This document shows, piece by piece, positions 1 through 8,264 of a stretch of DNA of 25,091 bases. Below the pieces are notes generated by a model. The model had not been told where the DNA came from, ran no database searches, and worked only from the letters and a program-made list of their open reading frames with translations. The position numbers and the translations under genes are program-made. The first letter of the stretch is position 1; each line of letters opens with the position of its first letter. This stretch comes from Cyanobacteria bacterium J06626_4 (GTDB lineage Bacteria > Cyanobacteriota > Cyanobacteriia > Phormidesmidales > Phormidesmidaceae): assembly GCA_038523235.1 (NCBI GenBank), contig JBCBJQ010000089.1, positions 1 to 25,091 on the forward strand. The letters are read 5' to 3'.

Positions 1-1335
1 GGCGTCATGATTACCCACGGCAACTTGCTGCACCAAATTACGACGTTGGGCGCTGTGGTGCAGCCGCAGCCGGGCGATCGCGTGCTGGGGCTGCTGCCCA
101 CTTGGCACACCTTTGGTCGCACCGCTGAATACTTTCTCTATTCCCAAGGCTGCACCCAGACCTATACCAACATTCGCCACATTAAAGCTGACTTCAAAGG
201 CAGCCAGCCGCAATATATGGTGGGCGTGCCTCGCATTTGGGAGTCGATTTATGAAGGGGCACAAAAACAGTTTCGCGAACAACCGGCCAGCAAGCAAAAG
301 CTGGTCAACACCCTCATGTGGTGCAGCAAAAAATATGTGCAAAATCGCCGCACGGCCAATAATCTCAGCCTCGATCATCCCAACCCGACCCCGCTAAGGA
401 AGCTGGGCTCGCGAGTACTGCAGGGGCTAGCCTGGCCGCTGCATCTGCTGGGTGAAAAGCTGGTCTACAGCAAGGTGCGGCAGGCGACGGGCGGCCAGGT
501 CAAGCAGCTGATCAGCGGCGGCGGCTCTTTGGCTCGCCACATTGATCTATTTTTTGAAATTGTCAATGTGCCGATTCTCGTGGGCTATGGTCTGACTGAA
601 ACCTCGCCGGTCGTCTCTGCCCGGCGCATCTGGGGCAACCTGCGCGGTGCTTCTGGACAGCCGATTCCGGGCACAGAGTTCAAAATTGTGGACCTCGAAA
701 CGCGGCAACCGCTGTCCATTGGCCATAAGGGATTGGTTCTGGTGCGCGGGCCGCAAGTCATGCAGGGCTATTACAAAAATGCGGAAGCAACCGCCAAAGC
801 GATTGACCCCGAGGGCTGGTTTGATACCGGTGATCTGGGCTACCTGACCGCTGACAACAATGTGGTGCTAACGGGTCGGGCGAAAGATACCATCGTGTTG
901 ACCAACGGGGAAAATATTGAGCCGCAGCCGATTGAAGATGTTTGCGTGCAGAGTGCCTACATCGACCAAATGATGCTAGTGGGTCAAGATCAGCGATCTC
1001 TGGGAGCTTTAATTGTGCCGAATTTTGAGGCGCTGCAGCAGTGGGCTACGAGCCAGTCGCTTTACCTCATGACGCCCAACCCGGAGATGGCCAATAGCCA
1101 AGACCTGACGGAGATTCCGTTAGATGACGATCGCGTGCAAAAGCTATTTCGCGCCGAACTCAATCGCCAAGTTCAAGACCGCCCTGGCTATCGCCCCGAT
1201 GATCGGGTTGGGCCGTTTTGTTTAATCACGGAACCGTTCTCAATTGAGAGCGGCACGATGACTCAAACATTGAAAATCAAGCGGCCTGTAGTCGCGTCCC
1301 GCTATCGCGATATGATTGACGGGATGTTTTCTTGA
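1..1335 (+). CDS. aas: Long-chain acyl-CoA/acyl-ACP synthetase (AMP-binding), 5'-truncated by the window edge
   Basis: Frame open from base 1 (GVMITHGN, end of the AMP-binding P-loop motif); GYGLTETSP, GWFDTGDLG and GRAKDTIVLTNGENIEP motifs; adjacent to ylqD as is common in cyanobacteria. Confidence 0.88.
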   Translation, partial: GVMITHGNLLHQITTLGAVVQPQPGDRVLGLLPTWHTFGRTAEYFLYSQGCTQTYTNIRHIKADFKGSQPQYMVGVPRIWESIYEGAQKQFREQPASKQKLVNTLMWCSKKYVQNRRTANNLSLDHPNPTPLRKLGSRVLQGLAWPLHLLGEKLVYSKVRQATGGQVKQLISGGGSLARHIDLFFEIVNVPILVGYGLTETSPVVSARRIWGNLRGASGQPIPGTEFKIVDLETRQPLSIGHKGLVLVRGPQVMQGYYKNAEATAKAIDPEGWFDTGDLGYLTADNNVVLTGRAKDTIVLTNGENIEPQPIEDVCVQSAYIDQMMLVGQDQRSLGALIVPNFEALQQWATSQSLYLMTPNPEMANSQDLTEIPLDDDRVQKLFRAELNRQVQDRPGYRPDDRVGPFCLITEPFSIESGTMTQTLKIKRPVVASRYRDMIDGMFS

Positions 1336-1454
1336 TGCGAAGTGCTGGTTTGTGAAATTCTGCCGAATTTCAAAGCTGGGTCTTGCCGTCGGTCACATCC
1401 TCTGCCAGGTTCTTAGGTAGTGTATTCAAAGTCCCCTACAACTAGCCAGAGTTT

Positions 1455-1898
1455 ATGGACGTGTCTCAGCTTCAAATCAAACGTAATATCACGGTTAAAG
1501 CGATTGTGACCCCTCTCTGGAAAGAGGAAGCGCAAAAGCAATTGCAAAGCCAAATCAATCAAGTAGACAGCCGCCTGCAGCAGCTCGAAATGCAAGGCCA
1601 ACGGATGGTCACCGAAGTGCAAAAGCAAACGAGCAACCCCGAAGATCCGGCTGTTAAGCAGCAGATCTCTTCGGTGCAAAACAAGCTCAATCAAGACAAG
1701 AGCAAGCTGCTACAGCAAAAAAATCAGTTTTTGCAGCAGCTCCAAACGGTGCAGACTTTGGAACTGGACAAAGAAGTGAATCAGGGGCAGATGGAAAGCT
1801 TCTTTACCGTGAGCCAGGGCGATAATTTGATCAAAAAAATGCAGGTCGAAATCTTGCTGCGTGACGGCGTGATTGAAGAGATTCGCGGCGAACTGTAA
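1455..1898 (+). CDS. YlqD family coiled-coil protein
   Basis: IKRNITVKAIVTPLWKEE N-terminus, Gln-rich coiled coil, and VEILLRDGVIEEIRG C-terminus typical of YlqD. Confidence 0.85.
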   Translation: MDVSQLQIKRNITVKAIVTPLWKEEAQKQLQSQINQVDSRLQQLEMQGQRMVTEVQKQTSNPEDPAVKQQISSVQNKLNQDKSKLLQQKNQFLQQLQTVQTLELDKEVNQGQMESFFTVSQGDNLIKKMQVEILLRDGVIEEIRGEL

Positions 1899-1971
1899 CT
1901 GCAGCTTGAGTTCGTTTCCCCTGGATGAGTGATAGAACTGATCTAGGGGAAACAACTCTGAAATCGGCCCC

Positions 1972-2601
1972 ATGTCGCTGACGAACTTGCAGATACGTCC
2001 CTATACGGGCAGCGATGAACCGCAATGGTTGCGCTGTCGGGTGTTGTCTTTCTTGGACTCAGCCTATTTTGATGATGTGGCACGGGCCAAACCCTGCTAT
2101 CAAAATCCGGCGATCGAATGGGTGGCGGCAGACGTTTCTGGTAACATCGTTGGCTTTATTGACGTCGAGTATGAGCAGACACTGAATACAGTTTGCTCTC
2201 AGCGGCCGGGCTTGGGCGGTATGATTTGGCACTTGGGGGTGCATCCTGACTACCGTCGTCAGGGTATTGCCAAGACTTTGCTAACTCAGGCGATCTCGAT
2301 CGCAAAACGTCAAGGCATTCAGCGCCTCGAAGCTTGGACGCGAGATGATCCATCGGTCTTGGCCTGGTACCGTGCCCAAGGCTTTTGGCTGGTTGATCAC
2401 TATTTGCACGTCTACCTGAATTCCGAAGAATCCCAGAATCATTTATCCGCTCACAAAACTGGGCTCAGGCCCATTCACACCTTTGCCCATTGCTGTAATC
2501 CGGCTGAATTCGACAGTGTGCGATCGCAGTTTACTCGGGTGCACGACTGTCATCTCTTCGAACGGTTGCTCGACAATATCTCAGAAGACGCCAAGGAGTG
2601 A
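1972..2601 (+). CDS. GNAT family N-acetyltransferase
   Basis: Acetyl-CoA-binding motif A HLGVHPDYRRQGIAKTLL; WYRAQGF motif B. Confidence 0.85.
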   Translation: MSLTNLQIRPYTGSDEPQWLRCRVLSFLDSAYFDDVARAKPCYQNPAIEWVAADVSGNIVGFIDVEYEQTLNTVCSQRPGLGGMIWHLGVHPDYRRQGIAKTLLTQAISIAKRQGIQRLEAWTRDDPSVLAWYRAQGFWLVDHYLHVYLNSEESQNHLSAHKTGLRPIHTFAHCCNPAEFDSVRSQFTRVHDCHLFERLLDNISEDAKE

Positions 2602-2604
2602 GGA

Positions 2605-3756
2605 TTACCAACTCCCTGATGCTCCGCCCCCAGAAGAGCTCCCGCCGCCAGAGCTAGAGCTGCTACTGCTACTGCTACTGCTGCTACTTGAAGACGATGA
2701 TGACGTCGTTTTCTCCAGACGCGGGAGCGTTCTCATATAGCTATGCGAATGGTCACAGTGGTGACAGGTTTCGGTGATTTTTGCCTGCCCCGTGCTCGTG
2801 TAGGTAGCGCTTCTGATGGTTTCAGAGCTGGTTGACAAGGTCTTGTAACTGCAGGCGGGGCATTTGCTGTATCGGGAAAAATAACTGGTGTAGGGGGCTA
2901 CCGTGTGATAGCCACAGTCAGGACAGAGCCAAACATCATAATCAACCGACTGCAGCGTTTCTTCTCGGCGTTGTCCAGCCCGTAAAAATTCATCGTCTTC
3001 GTTTTCTGCCAGTCGGCGCATGGCGACTTGACACTTGGGGCAATCGCGCGCTCGGTGCCGCCGCCATTTCAGCCAATAGCGAGTCGCGACGCCTCCCCCT
3101 GCCGCCATTGCAACCAACGCAGCAATGCCACTCTCGGGGCCAGAGGGCAGGCCCACGTTGTTGACCAAGCTCGCCACCGGATGAGGCCGTGGCCGACTAG
3201 GATCAAACTGGTGAATGATTGCACTAGCGCCCATCACGGTGCCCAGGCTGATCTGGTTTTCACGAAAGAGGGGCAGCATGGCATCGTCGATAATGGCTTG
3301 GGCAATTTGGTCGTCTTGTCGGCCATAACCGCGCCCGAGTTCGATTCTCACCTCGCGATCTCCTGGTGCCACCAGCAGTAAAATACCGTCGTTGCGGGTG
3401 GCATCACCGAGCCCCCAGGTATTGAAGGTGTTGGTGGCAAAGGATTCGATGCTGGTATCGCCGGTGGAATAGTCTTGAATCGACTGGATGGTCATCACCA
3501 CGGCGTGAATGCCGGTCTGCGTCCGAAATGCTTCTAGTTCAGTGCGCATGTAGGCCTTATCGTCAGCGGTCAGTACTTCGCCATAGTCGTTGACGTAGGG
3601 GTCGTGCAAGGGCGGGTAAGCGGCTTGCGCGTGAACGCTCGTGGCAAAGGATGGTAAAAACAGCGCGATCGCAGTGACGCAGCCCAGCAGCCAAAATCGG
3701 TAGCGACGAAGTCGGGCCGACCAGGTGAGCGGTGCCGCGAGGTGGCTGGATGACAT
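2605..3756 (-). CDS. TPM-domain membrane protein with two putative Zn ribbons and a Ser/Gly-rich tail
   Basis: YVNDYGEVL...FNTWGLG...NDGILLLVA...RIELGRG TPM signature, TM helix, four CxxC (CPKC, CPDC, CPAC, CHHC), tail S18-GGGSSSGGGASGSW; ATG at 3756 preferred, ORF open to 3792. Confidence 0.85.
   Translation of the reverse strand: MSSSHLAAPLTWSARLRRYRFWLLGCVTAIALFLPSFATSVHAQAAYPPLHDPYVNDYGEVLTADDKAYMRTELEAFRTQTGIHAVVMTIQSIQDYSTGDTSIESFATNTFNTWGLGDATRNDGILLLVAPGDREVRIELGRGYGRQDDQIAQAIIDDAMLPLFRENQISLGTVMGASAIIHQFDPSRPRPHPVASLVNNVGLPSGPESGIAALVAMAAGGGVATRYWLKWRRHRARDCPKCQVAMRRLAENEDDEFLRAGQRREETLQSVDYDVWLCPDCGYHTVAPYTSYFSRYSKCPACSYKTLSTSSETIRSATYTSTGQAKITETCHHCDHSHSYMRTLPRLEKTTSSSSSSSSSSSSSSSSSSGGGSSSGGGASGSW
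2660..2686. repeat. (CTGCTA)n microsatellite within the poly-Ser tract
   Basis: ctgcta x3, ctg, ctgcta; reads as AGT/AGC Ser codons on the minus strand. Confidence 0.7.
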
Positions 3757-4095
3757 AGAGCCAGAATTTCCTAAATCGATAGAGTCGAGCAAATGGTGAA
3801 GATGCCAGTATCCGCCGCTAGTTTCTTGCTACAGGCGGATGCTCTGAGGGTGCCCAGGTATGAATAGCTACAGTTGGCAGCGGTCTCATTCCGCAATGGG
3901 CTGACAGTCTAGAGTGCCCACGCTGCAGCGCCTAGCCACGAAGTTGGGTCGTCGTCATGTTCCCCCCAACCGACTTAAAGCTGGCTTGAGGAAGACTTGA
4001 AATAATCCAAAACCGGTCTGTGAGACGCTACTGCTTCTCAATTTCGAAGGTTCTGAGGCAAGAGGGGTGGAAACGACGCGATGACCTTGCCCACG

Positions 4096-5493
4096 CTAAC
4101 GGCTGGGCACCTCGGCCTGTAGCGGCAGTCGCACGATGACTTCCGTGCCTTCGTCAGGGGTACTTTTGAGATCGATGGTGCCACCGTGGTTTTCGACGAT
4201 GACCTTGGCGATCGCCAGCCCCAAACCTGATCCCGTCGCTCCCGATCGCTGCCGGGCTGGATCAGCGCGATAAAACCGGTCAAAAATGTAGGGCAACGCC
4301 TCGGGGGGAATGCCCACCCCCGTATCTTGAACCGTCACGTGAATCGCGGTTTGATTTTGGCGACGACTCTGATCGAGGTTAACGCTGACCTGACCGCCGA
4401 CGGGGGTATGTTGCAAGCTATTGCTGACCAGATTGGTAAACAGGCGGGTCAGCTGATCGGCATCACCGCGCACCTGCCAGTCGGGATGAGCGACAGCGGT
4501 CAGCGGTGGCTCATCTGCCGTGAGGGCCACCAGCGCCACTTCGCAGGCTTGACAGCCGAGGCTGATATTTTTGTGATCGGCGATCGCGCTCTGCTCTTCA
4601 ATCACGTCTGCCAGCAGCATCGAGAGGTCAACGTCTTCCTGCTTGAAGGGCACTAAGCCGCCTTCCTGCCGGGCCAAAAATAGTAAATCATCCACCAAAC
4701 GCCCCAAGCGCCTGGTCAGCCGTTCAATCACCTGCAACTGCTGTTGCTGCGCGGTGGCATCGGGTTCGGGGTCGGCCAGCGCCACCTGCACGTTGGTCTG
4801 AATCACGGCGATCGGGTTGCGCAGCTCATGGGAGGCATCGGCGGTAAACTGTTTGAGCTGCTGGTAAGACTCACGCACCGGGGCGATCGCAATGCCCGAC
4901 AACAGCCAGCCAATAGTGGCGACCGCCGCAATCATCAGGCTAATGCCCAGCGACAAATCCTGCAGCAGTTGCCGACTGGGCTTGGTGACTTCAAACCAGG
5001 GATGGCTGACGCGCAGATAGCCAAGAATCTGATTGCCCGCGACAATGCGTTCAGTCACCTGTCGCACGACATGTTCCGCATTGACATGCACCGTTTTGCC
5101 TAGAGGATTCACCCGCACGGGCAGATCGAGCGGCTCCGATAATGTGGACCACAGCAGTTCGCCGGTGGGGCCAAACCATTCCAAGTCGATGTGGTCATCT
5201 TCGGGGGTGGGGTCGTTATTGCGAAAGCTGGCCTCGACGTTGACCTGCAGTGACGGCGCGGTCAGGCTGTCACTGCCATCCATCGCACTGAGCACGCGCT
5301 GCCCGGCGCTGCCCCCCGGCTCGATGACCAGCGATCGCTGCACGATTTCGACGACGTGGCTGAGGGTGTCATCGACGCGTTCGACGAGGGTGGTGCGCAC
5401 ATACCAATACACACCGCTGGCAAACAGCAGCAGCACGACAGCGGTGACCGTGGTGTACCACAGTGCTAGCCGCCGCCGGGTCGTTTGAAACAT
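4096..5493 (-). CDS. Two-TM sensor histidine kinase, ManS (Hik27)-like
   Basis: H-box FTADASHELRNP, N-box LFTNLVSNS, G1 VQDTGVGI, F-box IFDRFYR, G2 GSGLGLAI; N-terminus MFQTTRRRLALWYT resembles cyanobacterial ManS (subfamily from recall); ATG at 5493. Confidence 0.85.
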   Translation of the reverse strand: MFQTTRRRLALWYTTVTAVVLLLFASGVYWYVRTTLVERVDDTLSHVVEIVQRSLVIEPGGSAGQRVLSAMDGSDSLTAPSLQVNVEASFRNNDPTPEDDHIDLEWFGPTGELLWSTLSEPLDLPVRVNPLGKTVHVNAEHVVRQVTERIVAGNQILGYLRVSHPWFEVTKPSRQLLQDLSLGISLMIAAVATIGWLLSGIAIAPVRESYQQLKQFTADASHELRNPIAVIQTNVQVALADPEPDATAQQQQLQVIERLTRRLGRLVDDLLFLARQEGGLVPFKQEDVDLSMLLADVIEEQSAIADHKNISLGCQACEVALVALTADEPPLTAVAHPDWQVRGDADQLTRLFTNLVSNSLQHTPVGGQVSVNLDQSRRQNQTAIHVTVQDTGVGIPPEALPYIFDRFYRADPARQRSGATGSGLGLAIAKVIVENHGGTIDLKSTPDEGTEVIVRLPLQAEVPSR

Positions 5494-5640
5494 GGAGGAG
5501 TGAAGAACAGCCATGCTTCCATTTTGCCTGCAAGGTGGCCGGCGATTCCAGCAATTTGGCGACACGAGAGAGCGGCAGACTTTTAGTCGGTGCTTGTAGC
5601 GGGTTGTCAGACGGATGTTCTGGCTGCGTCGTCGTATCCA

Positions 5641-5700
5641 CTGGGGGGAATTTCGATTTCCCCCCAGACCCCTGTCGACCAGGACGAACTGCCGTCCTGG
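5641..5700. repeat. Tandem double-hairpin, REP-like element
   Basis: CTGGGGGGAA(5641-50)/TTCCCCCCAG(5658-67) perfect 10-bp stem; CCAGGACG(5679-86)/CGTCCTGG(5693-5700) perfect 8-bp stem. Confidence 0.65.
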
Positions 5701-6031
5701 ACCTCGCAGAAGGCGTTGTCTGTCGGCAATGTAATATTCAAGCTGGTTTCCCCAGATTGAGTCGGAACTTTGTACTGTTTAGCGCTGCAGCTGAGCCATA
5801 GAATTCACACTCCAAAATCCCCTATTCCTAATTCTTTAAGTCCCTTAGAGTTGAGAGCTTAAAGCCCTCTGGGCATACAAGAAAAGGGGGCTATGCCGGA
5901 TCTTGCGTCGTGACCAATGCATCCCTTGGTTAAACAACGCCAGGGATTTTGGATTCTGTGGTCGAACTTTCTACTGCTGAAGCCAGCTAAGGATCGGGAG
6001 TTTAATAATATGCCAGTTTTCCCCTCTCGGG

Positions 6032-6279
6032 CTAATCCTGTAGGGGTTGCCAGGAACCTCATATTACTTAGCTTTCAGCTTCCATAAGGGTGGCGGAGAT
6101 CGCCCTTTTCTATCGGCTTAAGTACTGTAGACAACCGGTCGGGTAGGCTTCCAGCCTGCCTCCATAACCAGCTTTTTCAAGGGTTGCGGGGCGTTCAGGA
6201 CGGCCAGGATGGCCATCGAAACAAGAGCGCACCGAGGCAGCGATATCAGAGCTGCATTGTCAAACCCCTACAAGGTTAG
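6032..6279. mobile_element. Putative MITE (~248 bp, non-autonomous)
   Basis: TIRs CTAATCCTGTAGGGGTT and revcomp CTAACCTTGTAGGGGTT (15/17 match); flanking direct repeat CTCTCGGG at 6024-6031 and 6280-6287; no transposase ORF. Confidence 0.7.
6141..6217 (+). repeat. Bipartite palindrome doublet (hairpin A, spacer, hairpin B), copy 1
   Basis: GGGTAGGCTTCCAGCCTGC ... TCAGGACGGCCAGGATGGCCATC; both halves recur inverted at 21637-21718. Confidence 0.75.
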
Positions 6280-6425
6280 CTCTCGGGAGGGGTGCCGTAG
6301 GCGGGGTGGGTTCGAACCCTAGCACTCATGGCCAACCCACCCCGCAGCCCCTCCCAGGAGGGGAAATGTGCTCCTGCTTGGCCTCAAGCTAAATTGCGGA
6401 TTTATGTAATCCTCGTTCCTAATCT

Positions 6426-6449
6426 CCATTCTCCGAGCATTGAGAATGG
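6426..6449 (-). terminator. Hairpin just downstream of the HEAT-repeat gene stop
   Basis: CCATTCTC/GAGAATGG 8-bp stem 3 nt past the stop codon; no U-tract, so it may be a stability hairpin rather than a terminator. Confidence 0.35.
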
Positions 6450-6452
6450 GAA

Positions 6453-7127
6453 TTAGCTGGCCCGATCGCTTAACCGCTGCAGTGAAATGCGCGCAGCTTC
6501 GGCCACTTGGGGATGAGGATCTTTGGTCATAAACCGCAAGGCGGGCTCCGTTTTGGGGGAGGGCAGGTTAGCCAGGGCTTCGGCTAAGCGCTGGCGCACG
6601 AGCCAGTCTTCTGCCTGAGCAAAGGTCAGAATTTGATCGACCGCTGTGACATCTCCCACTTCGCCAATCGCCGCGATCGCGGCTTGCTGAATTACGACTT
6701 CGTCGCTGCTGAGCGCTTCGATGAGTACATCATGGGCGCGGGGATCTTTGAGATTGCCTAACGAGACGGCGGCGCTAAACCGCACCAGCCAGTCGGTATC
6801 TTCGTAAAAGGCGCGCACCAGCGGTTCAAACCCTCGCGGATCTTCCAGATAGCCCAAGGCTCCTGCCGCATCGGCCCGGATGCCATAGTCGGGGTCGGTT
6901 TCGACCAGCTTGACGAGAATGTCAAATGTCTCAGCATCAGGCTTGATGCCCATGGCAAACACCGCCATCGATCGCACCTGCAAACTGACGTCGTTAATTA
7001 CCTTTCTAACGAGCGGGGCGGCGATCGCCGGTTCTACATTACGCAGCATCGCCAGGGCCAACATGCGATCTTTACTGCTGTCGCTCTCTAGCTGCTGGGA
7101 AATTTGTTCCAGATCGAGGGAGGCCAT
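6453..7127 (-). CDS. nblB: HEAT-repeat (PBS lyase-like) protein, NblB family
   Basis: Repeated DxDYGIRADAAGALG / DWLVRFSAAVSLG / DWLVRQRLAEAL units; resembles cyanobacterial NblB2-type paralogue; ATG at 7127. Confidence 0.75.
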   Translation of the reverse strand: MASLDLEQISQQLESDSSKDRMLALAMLRNVEPAIAAPLVRKVINDVSLQVRSMAVFAMGIKPDAETFDILVKLVETDPDYGIRADAAGALGYLEDPRGFEPLVRAFYEDTDWLVRFSAAVSLGNLKDPRAHDVLIEALSSDEVVIQQAAIAAIGEVGDVTAVDQILTFAQAEDWLVRQRLAEALANLPSPKTEPALRFMTKDPHPQVAEAARISLQRLSDRAS

Positions 7128-7501
7128 AGCAAAACTCACGCGTTACAAAACTTCACTTTACGGCAACATCGTAACGTTTCTCTGGCCTGACCGGCTAGGG
7201 GCATAACCGCCCCGCCCGAATCGTCCTTTGATGACCGGCGAATTTTCCGTTCTGGCACCGGGCTGGCCGCAGGGGACGATCTCGCATAGCGGTAAGCCGA
7301 GCTGAGTCTTCACGGGTGGAAAACCGCCCCATCCTTCAGCGCAAGATCCTTTCATTGGCGTCCGCTGTCCGCGGCTGCAGAAGGTCTTTGGCCCAGACGA
7401 CCCATCAAGAATCGTGACTTTGAAGTGAATCCGTTCGTAATGAACATCGGCGATCGCAGGCGAAATGTTAAGCCTGCCATGACTATTCTGGAAAGACCCC
7501 A

Positions 7502-8185
7502 ATGGGACGCACCGTAAACGCCGACCCTTATCCCTATCCTTATAATGGCGACCTGCGCCCCGACAATACCGCGCTGATCGTCATTGATATGCAGACGGAT
7601 TTTTGTGGGGTAGGCGGCTATGTGGACAAAATGGGGTACGACCTCTCGCTGACGCGCGCGCCAATTGAGCCATTAAAAAAGCTGTTGGCGGTGATGCGAT
7701 TGCTGGGCTATACCGTGATGCACACCCGCGAGGGTCATCGGCCTGATCTCTCCGATTTACCGGAAAATAAGCAGTGGCGATCGCGGCAAATTGGCGCCGG
7801 GATTGGTGATCCAGGCCCTTGCGGCAAGATTTTGGTGCGCGGCGAACCCGGTTGGAACATCATTCCTGAACTGGCCCCGCTGCCTGGTGAGGTGGTGATC
7901 GACAAGCCAGGGAAAGGCGCATTTTACGCCACTGATCTCGAACTGGTGCTGAGTCGGTTGGGTATTCAAAACTTCATCCTTGCCGGCATTACGACCGACG
8001 TTTGCGTGCACACCACGATGCGTGAAGCGAACGATCGCGGCTACGAGTGTCTGATGTTGTCAGACTGTACGGGCGCTACCGATTACAGCAACTACCTGGC
8101 GGCCCTCAAAATGATCAAAATGCAGGGCGGCGTCTTTGGCGCAGTGGCGACTTCTACCGACCTGATCAACGCGATTAACGCTTAG
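7502..8185 (+). CDS. biuH: Biuret amidohydrolase (isochorismatase-like cysteine hydrolase)
   Basis: [52 protein letters not shown] (D-K-C triad) and KMQGGVFG closely match the Rhizobium BiuH sequence as recalled. Confidence 0.85.
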   Translation: MGRTVNADPYPYPYNGDLRPDNTALIVIDMQTDFCGVGGYVDKMGYDLSLTRAPIEPLKKLLAVMRLLGYTVMHTREGHRPDLSDLPENKQWRSRQIGAGIGDPGPCGKILVRGEPGWNIIPELAPLPGEVVIDKPGKGAFYATDLELVLSRLGIQNFILAGITTDVCVHTTMREANDRGYECLMLSDCTGATDYSNYLAALKMIKMQGGVFGAVATSTDLINAINA

Positions 8186-8264
8186 CGGCTCGCTGCCATC
8201 AACAACTCAGATCGTTCTCCCGCCGCCGCTTTGACGCCTCTTGCTTGCCCCCTTTACCTTGCCG

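Larger units (their letters stand above)
6018..6366. repeat. Long inverted-repeat (REPIN-like) element interrupted by a MITE
   Basis: GCGGGGTGGGTT(6301-12)/AACCCACCCCGC(6334-45) perfect; GGGAGGGG(6285-92)/CCCCTCCC(6348-55); outer TTTCCCCTC(6018-26)/GAGGGGAAA(6358-66). Confidence 0.7.

Noticed and set aside
5643..5665. GGGGGGAATTTCGATTTCCCCCC resembles the tRNA-Gly T-arm, as an att site might
   Set aside because: Not identical to the tRNA 3' end, no acceptor-stem match, no integrase; better explained as part of the double hairpin
5811..5954. TCCAAAATCCC(C)T ... AGGGATTTTTGGA inverted pair
   Set aside because: Short, imperfect, low complexity and no target duplication
5859..6062. 67-aa ORF as a possible transposase remnant
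   Set aside because: Spans the MITE boundary and has no transposase motifs
6305..6319. GGTGGGTTCGAACCC, a tRNA T-loop-like sequence
   Set aside because: No D-arm, anticodon arm or acceptor stem; lies within the palindromic repeat
7180..7500. Possible guanidine riboswitch or NtcA box upstream of biuH
   Set aside because: GGCTAGGG is present but the other guanidine-I motifs are not; no GTA-N8-TAC found by eye
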